The translations under genes were made by a program, and so were the position numbers. Positions 50,041-61,421 of a stretch of 64,000 nt of DNA are shown piece after piece. How positions within the stretch are numbered: position 1 is the stretch's first letter; every line of letters begins with the position of its first letter. This DNA comes from Eledone cirrhosa (Eukaryota), in assembly GCA_964016885.1 (NCBI GenBank), contig OZ024758.1, positions 1,736,001-1,800,000 of the forward strand, read 5' to 3'. Below the pieces are notes generated by a model that saw nothing but the letters and a program-made list of their open reading frames with translations, was not told where the DNA came from and ran no database searches.

Positions 50041-50498
50041 CGTATGTCAATATTTATTTATAAAACTGGTATATATTGTACTTTGTCTGATGAAAGCACA
50101 CCATAATTTAACTTGGTATCCTTGAAATATGTATAATGAAATAAATATGGTTTTATAAATATAGTTTGCATTTGTTAATATCGTATGTTTACTCCAAATA
50201 CTTGTCGAGTGCTTTATATCAGTTATAAAAATATTTGCTTGTTGTATCCCAACAATTTAAATAGAACTTTTGCATATATATATACATATATATACCCACT
50301 CTACAACCCCAAACATCGAGTACTCTGGTTAGTAATGATCTAACTGGTTTTTACCACCTCCAATCTGATATATATCTATATGCGTGTGTGGTGGCCGACT
50401 GAGAGGAGTACTTTTAATATTAGTAAGGCTAAAACGGGAGTCTTGTTTCTCTAGAGTTTCGCCTAATAGCAAGACTCACTTTTTAGCCTTACTAATAT

Positions 50499-50533
<35 letters not shown>

Positions 50534-51106
50534 CAAAGGAATTGTGGTAAGGAACCAGATGGACCATAACGCACCAGAGTACTCAATACTTAGGGTAGCA
50601 GAGTGGCAATTAGGAAAAAGTATGACCCCGTCCAGAAATAGCCGTCGAAACGGCTTGAGCACTGCCGTCAGGGTCATACTTGTTCCTAATATATATATAT
50701 ATATATAGAGAGAGAGATGCGAGTTCCGGGTTATATCGGGGGTAACCACAGTAAGTAAGGTACTCAATACATTGGTAGAGAATATATAAAATTTAATATA
50801 GAAATGGCTTCAAAATAACGGCTTCCTGATGATTTCTCTCGAATGAAACAGTTCTAGTCCTGTAGAAGCCATTCCTATCTATCTATATATATATATATAT
50901 ATATAAGTATGTAAATATCTATAGAGAGAGAGGGTGGGGGAGTGAAATATACACACAAACAATAAAATGTATAAATTTATATGTAGATGTTTTAAAGGAA
51001 TAGGGTAGTGATAAAGGTAAGTTTGACCAACCTGTTCATCTTCTTGGACCGACGCTGCCAGGGGCAGGCCGTCGGCCACACGTGCAATCATCGTCATTAG
51101 AATCAT
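42687..51106 (-). CDS. SEC22B: Vesicle-trafficking protein SEC22b, longin R-SNARE (217 aa)
   Basis: Exons 51106-51032, 45044-44929, 44421-44261, 43674-43528, 42841-42687 sum to 654 nt. [73 protein letters not shown] and C-terminal TM ending RFLWW*. Confidence 0.97.
42990..43400. repeat. 44-bp minisatellite (GAGACAACATAGGTGGCAGATATAGGTGACTCCTGTTCTGAGAT), about 9 units
   Basis: Visible periodicity; explains ORFs 42893-43301. Confidence 0.9.
44101..44114 (+). promoter_or_regulatory. RFX X-box-like site
   Basis: GTCGCC-AT-GGAAAC. Confidence 0.35.
46000..46270 (-). mobile_element. LINE (RTE-like) 3' remnant, unexpanded homolog of the 58-kb array host
   Basis: Colinear with 58210-58265 plus 58926-59110. 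Confidence 0.7.
50295..50880. mobile_element. Cluster of short (TA)n-flanked modules, Penelope-LTR/retrozyme-like
   Basis: Module GGGGTAACCACAGTAAGGTACTCAATACATT recurs near 48221 and 63677; module GTGGTAAGGAACCAG..CCAGAGTACTC.ATACTT recurs near 24690 (-), 48337 and 50295 (-); associated with hammerhead and hairpin motifs. Confidence 0.5.
50820..50870 (+). ncRNA. Type I hammerhead ribozyme motif, antisense within SEC22B intron
   Basis: GGCTTC-CTGATGA-TTTCTCTCGAAT-GAAA-CAG-TTCTAGTC-CTG-TA-GAAGCC: stem I GGCUUC/GAAGCC, intact CUGAUGA and GAAA core, stem III ACAG/CUGU, GUA cleavage triplet; stem II weak (UUC/GAA closed by U-U). Confidence 0.7.
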
Positions 51107-51519
51107 TTCGGCTTTTGATGTGGATCTATACAACACAAATACCTGTAATAGTTGTTACAAGCTACACACGTGTGTATATATATATATATATGGACTGATA
51201 TGAAGATGTAAGTAATGTATGTATATGTGTTTGTTGTATAATTTCATGTACACGATCGCCCCCTAAAATGACAGGCAATTCGTTGCTTGTTATTTATTGT
51301 CAAAATCCGGCGCAACGCCTCACCATCTGCTCAATATTCGACAAGTGATCCCTTCTAGAAAACATAATAACTTTCAAATAATGGAGTAGCTTTGTGTTGG
51401 TAGTTATATATCCAAATGTTAATAAACCAGAGAGAAAAGTAATGCAACCTTTAGCAATAATTGTCACGTATGCATCTATACTAAGGTTTCAAAATTCCGT
51501 CTCAAACAACTACTCTAAT

Positions 51520-51645
51520 TCGCTATGACGTGGCTCACAGATGCGCAGGGCCGGAAGTATACAAGCAGCTGCTTACCATAGATATACGCCTTAACGTAAA
51601 AAGATCATACCATCACTTGTAAATCTGTGCCGCCATATTGAAAAA
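51520..51645 (-). promoter_or_regulatory. Putative SEC22B promoter / non-coding first exon
   Basis: CpG-richer patch with TGACGTGG (51526-51533), TGCGCA, CCGGAAGT (51551-51558) and CCGCCATATT (51630-51639); minus-strand donor GTAAGC near 51576; acceptor near 51143, upstream of the ATG exon. Confidence 0.55.
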
Positions 51646-52820
51646 GTAAAAATAAAGATATTTCATTCAGCAGTTTGTATATAAGCTATCTGTGGTATTA
51701 TACAAAATATTTTAAATGTATTTATTTATTTTTTTACTTAAAAGAAAGAATAGATATAATATCAAGAGGTGGAAAAAAAAGTATACTGGGGTGAAGATTA
51801 ATGATAAAGTTGAATTATTTCATGTTAGCACCACTTAACCAAATATACACCCCAACCCACTACCCCTACTCCATCCTCCCACTAACACCACCCTTTCTCT
51901 GTAAAGTTATGTTGGTACCACAATATCCAGTCCAAACTAAAGAGGTCATGTAGGTGTCACGACAAAAAGAGCCCAGTCCACACTGTAAAGTGGTCATGTA
52001 GGAGACACGGAAAAAAGGCTCCCTGTCCACACTGTAAATGTGGTTGGTGTTAGGAAGGGCATCCAGTCGTAGAAAACCTGCCAGATACAGCCCTATATGG
52101 TCACCCGATCAATCTTGCCTCGAGTGGGAAAATTCCCGTCTAACCCATGCTAGCGTGGAAGATGGATGTTAAACAATGATGATAGCAGACAGCAGGGAAC
52201 ATAGATGAATGTGAGTTAGGCATATTAGTTAGGTTTATGTTAAGTTGACTCCCCACTCCATCCTCCCATGAGGATAGGCCGAAGTATACATCCAGTAAAG
52301 CCCCCCCCCCCAACCCACAGTTTGTTACTGGTACCATGTAACTCAGTACAACCTGCTTCATAGTTAGGTGGTCAGTGACTAAGCCATGGTCTCTCACCAG
52401 ACCCTGGTTTGGTGAGGAGGGTAAGTGGAACTCCAGCAGCTCAAAAACAAGAGTTGTTTAAAGGGCAGATGATCTCCTCAGAGTCAATGGCCATCCATTC
52501 TAACTATAAATTAAATAGCCTCCCCAACCAGCAACTGGTCATGTGTGGTGTGTAGGGCTACACCTCTGAAGACATAACCCAAAAAACTAAATAGAAAACA
52601 GTGGAGGTCAAGCAAGAGTGGGCTCCTCCAGCTGGAGTGAGAAGGCCCTGGACTGGATTGAAACCAAATAAGTACACTCAAGATAAACACCATGAAATTG
52701 AATATTAATAAATTTTATTTTTAATAATTCAGGCTATCATCCTATAAAACATTTATTCCAAATAATAAACTTCTTTCTTTCATGGCATTCATCTTTATTT
52801 AAAATCCAATAACCAGGTTT

Positions 52821-55800
52821 TCAGGAATATTCAATCTCTTGATGTCTACAATGAAGAAGACAAATATGTTATTGAAATGGAAGAAATATTAAATCTAATT
52901 ATTGAATAAACTTGAATATAAGTGGAGGAATATGTGACTAAAACAAAACGATGGTAAAATGGAAGGAATTGGCTTAACCCTTTAGTATGGTCATCAGGAA
53001 TCCATCAGCATTTGTCAAATATTTTAAATTTCTTTTATTTTTTAAATATTCAACCCTTTAGCATTTAAACCGGCTGTATCCAGCCAGAATTCCATCACCT
53101 CTTTCTGTTCAAACTGGCCGTAACTAGCCACTCATGCTGATGTTAAGGTATGGTCCTCAAAATAAATAATATCAAAATCTCGTAGATTCGATATTATGTG
53201 AAAATACAATAGTATATATAGAGTAATGTAAATGTTATGTGAGATATTATGTGAGGTAAAGCCTTTACTGTGAAAATACAATAGTATATATAGAGTAATG
53301 TAAATGTTATGTGAGATATTATGTGAAGTAAAGCCTTTACTGTGAAAATACAATAGTATATATAGAGTAATGTAAATGTTATGTGAGATATTATGTGAGG
53401 TAAAGACTTTACTGTGAAAATACAATAGTATATATAGAGTAATGTAAATGTTATGTGAGATATTATGTGAGGTAAAGCCTTTACTGTGAAAATACAATAG
53501 TATATATAGAGTAATGTAAATTTATGTGAGATATTATGTGAGGTAAAGCCTTTACTGTGAAAATACAATAGTATATATAGAGTAATGTAAATGTTATGTG
53601 AGATATTATGTGAGGTAAAGCCTTTACTGTGAAAATACAATAGTATATATAGAATAATGTAAATGTTTTGTAAGGTAAAGTCTTTACAATAGTAAATATA
53701 GAGTAATGTAAATGCTAAAGGGTTAAAACAGCTAAATGCTGTCAATGACAGCAATGGGCAAAAATGCCTCAGAAGACAGAGACCAGTGGCCAGTGGTCAA
53801 CACAGACAATCCAGAAGGTAGGTGATAGGCAGATGAAATATAAAAAAGATTGAAAGAGGACAAGGAGAATATTTTTAATGTGAAACTGTAACTATCTTAT
53901 CAATTTGATGCCCGCTAGACAGACTACTCACCTGCATTCTTTACATGTATAAAATATAGTTTGACCTTCATCTGCTGACCTTGTCTGTTGAGCTTTAAAT
54001 ATCATTTCTTCATGACCACAGTTAGAACACTTGCGTTCAACCTGCAATATATATATATATATATATACAAATATAAGGAAACTTTAGTCAGACATTAGAA
54101 TACCAAACAAAGACTTATCTTCAAGTAATAAAAGGTTGAAACTGATTATATTGTTGTAAAGTGGTCGTGTAGGAGACACGGTAAAGAGGCTCCCAGTCCA
54201 CACTGTAAATGTGGTTAGAGTTAGGAAGGGCATCCAGCTGTAGAAAACCTGCCAGAAACAATTCTATACGAGCGAGACACGGTCACCCGACCAATCTTGC
54301 CTCAAGTGTGACAAACCCGTTCAACCCATGCTAGCGTGGAAGATGGAAGTTAGACGATGATGATGTCCACATTCTAAACATGGTTGGTGTAAGGAAGGGC
54401 ATATAGCAGTCGTAAAAACCCAACCCAAACACAGCGCCATTATGAGTAAGGCTTGGTGCTGCCAACTAGTTATAGCTCCCTCATAATGAGACCACCCTGC
54501 TCCCAAATTATAGTCTGATGTGAGCAGGGTATGGGGGTGTAAACTGGTTAGACATTGCTCATAGCAGTGCCACCCAAGGGCCCACTATAAGTAAGGTTTG
54601 GTGTGGCCAACAGGCCAGACCTCTTATAGTGGGATCTCCCAACTTTGAAACTATTGTTCTGATGTGAGCAGGGCACAACGCAGCTAACTGGCCAGACGCA
54701 ACTCATAAGGGTGCCATCCAGTTTCACACCGTAAACATGTTTGGTGTTAGGAAAGGCATCCAGCTGTAAAGATCCAAGCCAAAATACAGCTCCTTCTACC
54801 ATGACATCATTTTTCTGGTGACAGGTGGTGGTAACTGTATTTTAGCTTTGTTTTTATAACACCAACCACTTTACTGTGTGGACTGGGTGCTTTTTATAGG
54901 GTTGACTAGGTGCTTTTTGCTATGTCACTAGCATGACCACCTTACAGGGTGGATTTGGAGCTTTTTGTTGTATCACCAGCACAACCACCTTACAGAGTTG
55001 ACTGGGTGCTTTGTTCTATTGAATTCATGTCTTCTTATAGACAAGAAAACATTAGTGAAAAACCACTTCAGAATATCCATTCTTGGAATCACTACATGAA
55101 GAAGAGATCCCAATACTAATTCCTTCCCTACATATTCTCAAGAACTTGTTGCTATGATATACTTACCGTAGGCCCAGATAATACATTTTCTTTATCTGTT
55201 GTGATACTATCATAAGATTTGAAAACATGAAATGTATTGTTCTCAATGCCATGGAATTCTGAAAAGAAAACAAGAAAAAAAAACCTCTGAATGGAACAAT
55301 CTGTCATTATGAAAGTGTGGCAGTGGATTGGCAGTATTGGTAGAGGGTCGGACGCCATGCTTTGATGCATAGAGTTACAGCCCTTTATGGTCTGAGTTCA
55401 AATCCCACCGAGGTTAACTTTGCCTTTCATCCTTAAGGGGTCGATAAAATAAAGTACCAGTAATACACTGGGATAATTGCTGGCCTTGTGCCAAAAGTAG
55501 AAACAATTATGAAAGTGTTTTAACTAAAGAAGTAACTTTTCTACAGAAAAAATACAAATTAATGAGGATTTAAACTATTTAAAATAGTTATTCATCATCA
55601 TCATCATAACGTCCATGTTAGCATGGGTTAGACAAGTTGTCCCATTGTGAGACAAATCAGATCAGATGACTGTCTTGCTCATACAGAACAGTTTTGAGCT
55701 TAGATTTTAAAGCTGGATGCCATTCCTAACAGCAACCACATTTACAGTACGGACTGGGCACTTTTTTTTTTATCGTGGCACAAAAACAACTATTTTACAG

Positions 55801-56394
55801 TGTGGACTGGGTGCTTTTTGTCATGTCACCAATACAATCACTTTACAATGTGGACTGGGTGCTTTTTGTCAGGGAACCAAAATGACTCCTTAACAGTGTG
55901 GGCTGTATTGTCAAAGAAAACTAGATAAAGAATACATGTAGATGGAGAGATATAATGCCAATATTGTTGGGGTATGATGAAAGGACATAAGGACATGGTA
56001 CCAAAAGAGACAGAGAGTAAACACAGCACATGAGTGGGTTAACAGTTACTACATGTTGATGGGTGAAACTTTCTTCTACTGTTGTCAAGGCAACAAGAGA
56101 CAGAAAGAAGAAAGACATAGTAAAACCTGGCATTATTATAAAGGGACATAACTAAATACCACAAGGTATTTCGTCTACCAATCTACCAATGCTCTCAGCA
56201 ACTGACCTCTTTTACAAGAAAATATTCAATATATAATAAATTGAGCAAGTATTATAGATTAATCTTGACTCACCTTTAACATTGATTTTATTTTGGCATC
56301 TTTTGCATTCAATAAACATTGTCTCACCTGGTAAAGGTAAAACAGAACCACAAACTTCACAAAATTCCAATTCTGTTTCAAATAAACTCGACAT
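52821..56394 (-). CDS. POLR1H: RNA polymerase I subunit RPA12 (ZNRD1), 115 aa
   Basis: Exons 56394-56274, 55258-55167, 54041-53932, 52845-52821 sum to 348 nt. N-terminal Zn ribbon [17 protein letters not shown]; C-terminal TFIIS-like ribbon [27 protein letters not shown]. Confidence 0.95.
53050..53727 (+). repeat. piggyBac-like MITE with internal 72-bp tandem expansion, about 7 units
   Basis: Both termini intact; explains ORFs 53132-53754. Confidence 0.9.
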
Positions 56395-56758
56395 TCTGTT
56401 GTTTCATAAATAAATATAAGAAAAGAGAAGTATTAACAAAAACACAAACAGAACATTATTGGTTGTCTCTCTTGTAGAAGTAAACTGCAGGAAACCTAGG
56501 AATGGGGTTAACCCTTTAGCATTTAAATTGCTAGTATCCGACCAGAATTCTCTAATCTCTTTGTTTAAACCTGTCGTAACTGGCCATTCACACCTACATT
56601 AAGGTATCGTTCTCAAAATAAATAACATCAAAATCTCATAAATTCAATAACCATCCGGTTATTGAACGAAACAATCAGAAATTTGTAATAAATTGAAGTA
56701 AAAACCAACAGGTGTGTGTGTGTGTTTTTATTGGCAGCATGACCCTCCCAAAGTATAA

Positions 56759-56800
<42 letters not shown>

Positions 56801-57423
56801 TATAAAGAGAAGAACGACTTCACTGGTGCTCTTTAATAGTTCAAATCTTCACTGTAAATCGTAATTGATATTAGTTTTGGTAACAATCACTGCTGAATGC
56901 GAGTAAGTTCCACAGAAAGTTAACAAGTTCTTAAGGTGCTCCACCGAAGTTAACACGGACCTACCAGAATCAATATTAATGACTTACTGTAAAGATTCGA
57001 ATTATCAAAGAACACAAACCACCAGTGAAGTCATTCTTCTCTTTTTTTCCCCCAAATATATTTTACTGTAGCAAGGGATTTCCTTCATTTTTCTACAATA
57101 TATATGGTGAATTAACTGTTGCGGAACTACTTCTATCAAAACTCGTCCCATGGACTGAGTGCTCTACCGATATAACCCACCAGTGTTCTACTATTATATA
57201 TATATATATCCGTATGTAGTTGACGGCCGAGAGAAGAGAGTACTCAATACCGAAGTAGAATGAATATATATACACATATACCCGTAAAAGATTTTAAAAA
57301 ATAGAATCGGACAATCAACAATTTCGTTTGGAGAATAAAGAATATAACCATGCTTTAGAGATCTAATCGCCATTTCAATACTGAAATAATGTATATATAA
57401 TATGATAAACACACTTCACATAC

Positions 57424-57525
57424 CTGCTAAAGTTTACTGAATTCCACGTGTGTTTTCAGAAACACAATACTATAACCGGTGAACATTTTAATATTTTTAT
57501 GTAACGATGTTGCCATCAACATCTT
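57424..57525 (-). promoter_or_regulatory. Putative non-coding first exon / promoter of POLR1H
   Basis: The ATG exon starts 1 nt after an acceptor (cag|aATG at 56395); minus-strand donor CAG|GTATG near 57424; palindrome GATGTTG-CCAT-CAACATC near 57507. Confidence 0.4.
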
Positions 57526-58221
57526 TAATTTAAACATAAATAGCAGAAAAGATTTAGCATATTTTATGTTTTATTGAGTAAATTTGGTTATAATAGTTAT
57601 ATTGAAATAAAATTAGTGTTTACCAAAGAATATAAAGTCAGTTATCAATTTTAATAGAGTGTGATTACCTTTATTTTTTATAAGAGATTAATCTCCATGA
57701 ACACCGCTTTCGTTGTAATTACAAGTTTGACAAATATTCGTTTCTGATTTAGGCACAAGATGAACGATTTTTGGGGTGGGGAAAGTCGATTATATCGACC
57801 TCGGTGTATTACTAATACTTTATTTTATCGATCCCGTAAGGATGGAAGGGCAAATCTAACCTCAGCAGGATTTGAACTCAGATAGTAAGGGGCCTTAACT
57901 CTACGTTGCAAAACATGTCCGACGCTCACATTACAGTTCTTATGCTTCCACAAAGAACTGTTGTCAAGTGTCTATTATTCAGTATCGGTAAAGTATCAGA
58001 CACCATGCTTTGCAACATAGAGTTATGGCCCTTTACGTTTTGAGTTCAAAACCCGCCAAGGTTAACTTCGCCTTTCATCCTTACGGGGTCGATAAAATAA
58101 AGTACCAGTAATGCACTGAGGTAATTGCTGGCCTTGTGCCAAAAGTAGAAACAATTATTATATTCTCGAATTGATCCAAGCTTACTGAATAAAATTGAGT
58201 TGGGCAGAAACCTCTTCTTCG

Positions 58222-58925
58222 CCCACTTGTATCTGAGAGGGTCGTGGAGGCAGTCCTGAAACACTCCCACTTGTATCTGAGAGGGTCGTGGAGGCAGTCC
58301 TGAAACACTCCCACTTGTATCTGAGAGGGTCGTGGAGGCAGTCCTGAAACACTCCCACTTGTATCTGAGAGGGTCGTGGAGGCAGTCCTGAAACACTCCC
58401 ACTTGTATCTGAGAGGGTCGTGGAGGCAGTCCTGAAACACTCCCACTTGTATCTGAGAGGGCCGTGGAGGCAGTCCTGAAACACTCCCACTTGTATCTGA
58501 GAGGGTCGTGGAGGCAGTCCTGAAACACTCCCACTTGTATCTGAGAGGGTCGTGGAGGCAGTCCTGAAACACTCCCACTTGTATCTGAGAGGGTCGTGGA
58601 GGCAGTCCTGAAACACTCCCACTTGTATCTGAGAGGGTCGTGGAGGCAGTCCTGAAACACTCCCACTTGTATCTGAGAGGGTCGTGGAGGCAGTCCTGAG
58701 ACACTCCCACTTGTATCTGAGAGGGTCGTGGAGGCAGTCCTGAAACACTCCCACTTGTATCTGAGAGGGTCGTGGAGGCAGTCCTGAAACACTCCCACTT
58801 GTATCTGAGAGGGTCGTGGAGGCAGTCCTGAAACACTCCCACTTGTATCTGAGAGGGTCGTGGAGGCAGTCCTGAAACACTCCCACTTGTATCTGAGAGG
58901 GTCGTGGAGGCAGTCCTGAAACACT
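58222..58925. repeat. 44-bp minisatellite, 16 near-identical copies, inside a LINE 3' remnant
   Basis: CCCACTTGTATCTGAGAGGGTCGTGGAGGCAGTCCTGAAACACT x16; flanks colinear with the LINE remnant at 46000-46270. Confidence 0.95.
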
Positions 58926-59225
58926 CCTCCCAGCAGGTCCTGATAGAAACAACCGTCTCCGACTGATCTGGCTGGATCTCCAAACGTGACTAACCAAGCT
59001 CATGGATGTTATCCAACCATCTTTCTCGGAGCCTACCCTTGGGTATCTTGCCGGTTGGTTTTGGCCGGTAAGATCTGTCCAGCGATTCTTTCCTGAGATA
59101 TTCTAACCACATGTGAATTCGAAGGTCCAGCCATGTAATAATAATAATAATAATGAAAATGATTATGTACAGTGCTCAGGTGCACTACAACTCATCAAAG
59201 GTGTATATATATAGTACATGTTGCC

Positions 59226-59432
59226 AGTCACTATATTGGTACCATACACATCCATATATTGGTACTTAGTAGCTTTGAAATATTAGTAGTCACTATACTG
59301 GTACCATACCCATCAATATATTGGTACTTAGTAGCTTTGAAATATTAGTAGTCACTATACTGGTACCATACCCATCAATATATTGGTACTTAGTAGCTTT
59401 GAAATATTAGTAGTCACTATGCTGGTATCATA
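59226..59432. repeat. 62-bp tandem repeat, about 3.3 copies
   Basis: GTCACTATACTGGTACCATACCCATCAATATATTGGTACTTAGTAGCTTTGAAATATTAGTA. Confidence 0.85.
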
Positions 59433-61303
59433 CCACGCTGAAATTACGTGAAGTGCATAATAAGTAGTTTTAGAATGTTTAATCACACACTAAAATTATT
59501 TCTACATTTAGCCAGCAATTTGAAAGGAAAGGCAAAGCTAAGCTCGACGGGATTTGAACTGCGAACGTAAAGGGCCGTAACTCTAAATCGCAAATCGTTG
59601 TCTGACTGTTTATCGATACAACCCATCCATCGCTCTCACCGTATACTAAATGGTTTCTAATTTAAGCACAAGACCAACAATCTTGAAGGAGGGGAAAAGT
59701 GGATTAAATCGAATCAGTAGTTTACTGGTACTTTATTTTATGGAAAGATAAAAGGCAAAGTTAATCACAAGCGAGATTTGAACTCATATTGTAAAGGCCG
59801 TAACTCTATGCCACTTCATCGATACTGCCAATCCCTAGCATGATGTTGTGCGTACATCCTCTCCCGTGTTGTACATCCTCTCAACACAAACTGATAACTG
59901 ATAACAAGTAAATGACATACTGATTATAGTTGTTCGTAACTTTATAAATATCTCTGTAGATTTATTTCAATAGAATGCATACAAATAAATACAATTTATA
60001 TTTTGAGAGAGAAAAAGAGAGGGAGGGTGAGAGAGAGAGAAATGGGAGACACACACACACAGACTCAATCACACACCACAACAAAGAATGATGGAGTTTC
60101 CCCTCTAATATCTTTTTAGGCAAGCAGCACAGTCGCAGCATTGACGTGGACAATCGTGGTGAATTGATGTGTTTTTTTCTCTCGCTTTGATCATATATTT
60201 CTGTACATTATATTTATAAGGCCCTTGCCATTCTGAGTTCAAATCCCGCCGAGGTTAACTTTGCCTTTCATCCTTACAGGGTCGATAAAATAAAGTACCA
60301 GTAATACACTGGTGCGATTTAATCGACTAACCCCCTCCCTCCACAATTGTTGGCCTTGTGTCTATATTTTCATTCTGTAACAAGTATTATATATATTGTA
60401 TATATAATTAATTATTGTATATATATATATATTGTATACATCATTAAGAATTGTATATATATTTTATATATCATTAAGTATTGTATATATATATATTTGT
60501 ATTTATATTTTCATTCTGTAAGAATTAAAAATAATTTGTAATGTTATTTATACAACTATGAATACATGTATATATATATATATAAGTATGTATGTATGTA
60601 TACGTACATACATATATGTATACAGACGTACAGTAGTATGTATATATATATACATACATGCTGCACACATAGATGCACGTATCGGTTTACCGAACATTTA
60701 CTATAATGTTCGGTTTGTTCGTTTGTAAACAAACAAACAACCCGAATTACGCCGTACAGTGTTTAGGCAACCACGTCACCTTTTTGTTCAACACTGACAC
60801 AGGAACGATGTACTAGTTTCAAGCTTATTAGCTATCGTCAGCATCGTATACCTTCCTGCCATATGGTTGAACGTCTGAAAGTATATACTTTCCTTATGAA
60901 AAGTATAGAAATTATTGTGAGCATGAAGCCAACAGTATTTCATAATCTTGCTACATATATATATATTGAAAGCGAGAAAAAAAACGAGAAATTATATTTG
61001 ATATAAAAGAGAGGTGACTAAACAACAACATAAAAAAGAAAGAAAAAACGACAATAGAAAAATTAAAATTAAATAAGTAAAGTGAACGTATACACAGACA
61101 TATACATACATATATATATATATATATATAAATATATATATATGACATTGGAATACACACACACACATATACACTCTCTCTCTCTCTCTATATATATATA
61201 GTGAAGATTCAAGTGAGATAAAGAGAAAGTAAATGCTGTAGGTGTCATGTCTAGCTTTGTTATAGCGACAGATAAAGAGGCGTGTCAGGTTGTTTGGCTA
61301 ACT

Positions 61304-61313
61304 TCTCGCGAGA
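61304..61313. promoter_or_regulatory. TCTCGCGAGA palindrome (CGCG element, BANP/'Kaiso' motif) at the PTPN23 start
   Basis: Exact 10-mer ending 21 nt upstream of the ATG. Confidence 0.55.
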
Positions 61314-61334
61314 GTAAGCGTTAATAAACTGAAG

Positions 61335-61421
61335 ATGGAGGCTGTACCTCGGATGCCAATGTTATGTTTTTCTTTAAAACACAGCCCCGAGTATGTGGAA
61401 TTTGGCCCCGTTTTGAAAAAG
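61335..61421 (+). CDS. PTPN23: First coding exon of tyrosine-protein phosphatase non-receptor type 23 (HD-PTP, Bro1 domain); gene continues beyond the window
   Basis: aagATGG start; MEAVPRMPMLCFSLKHSPEYVEFGPVLKK, then donor AAG|gtttgt. MEAVPRMPM is the conserved PTPN23/Myopic N-terminus. Confidence 0.88.

Noticed and set aside
50086-50136. CTGATGA...GAAATATGTA hammerhead candidate
   Set aside because: No stem I complementarity on either side; at best a decayed PLE end.
51107-51136. N-terminal extension [10 protein letters not shown] of SEC22B in the ORF track
   Set aside because: Starts at a non-ATG codon; the conserved protein begins at the ATG at 51106.
58046-59003. Three overlapping 273-300 aa ORFs, or a CRISPR-like array
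   Set aside because: Pure head-to-tail 44-bp repeat without unique spacers, no cas genes, eukaryotic context; the ORFs arise from a stop-free unit.
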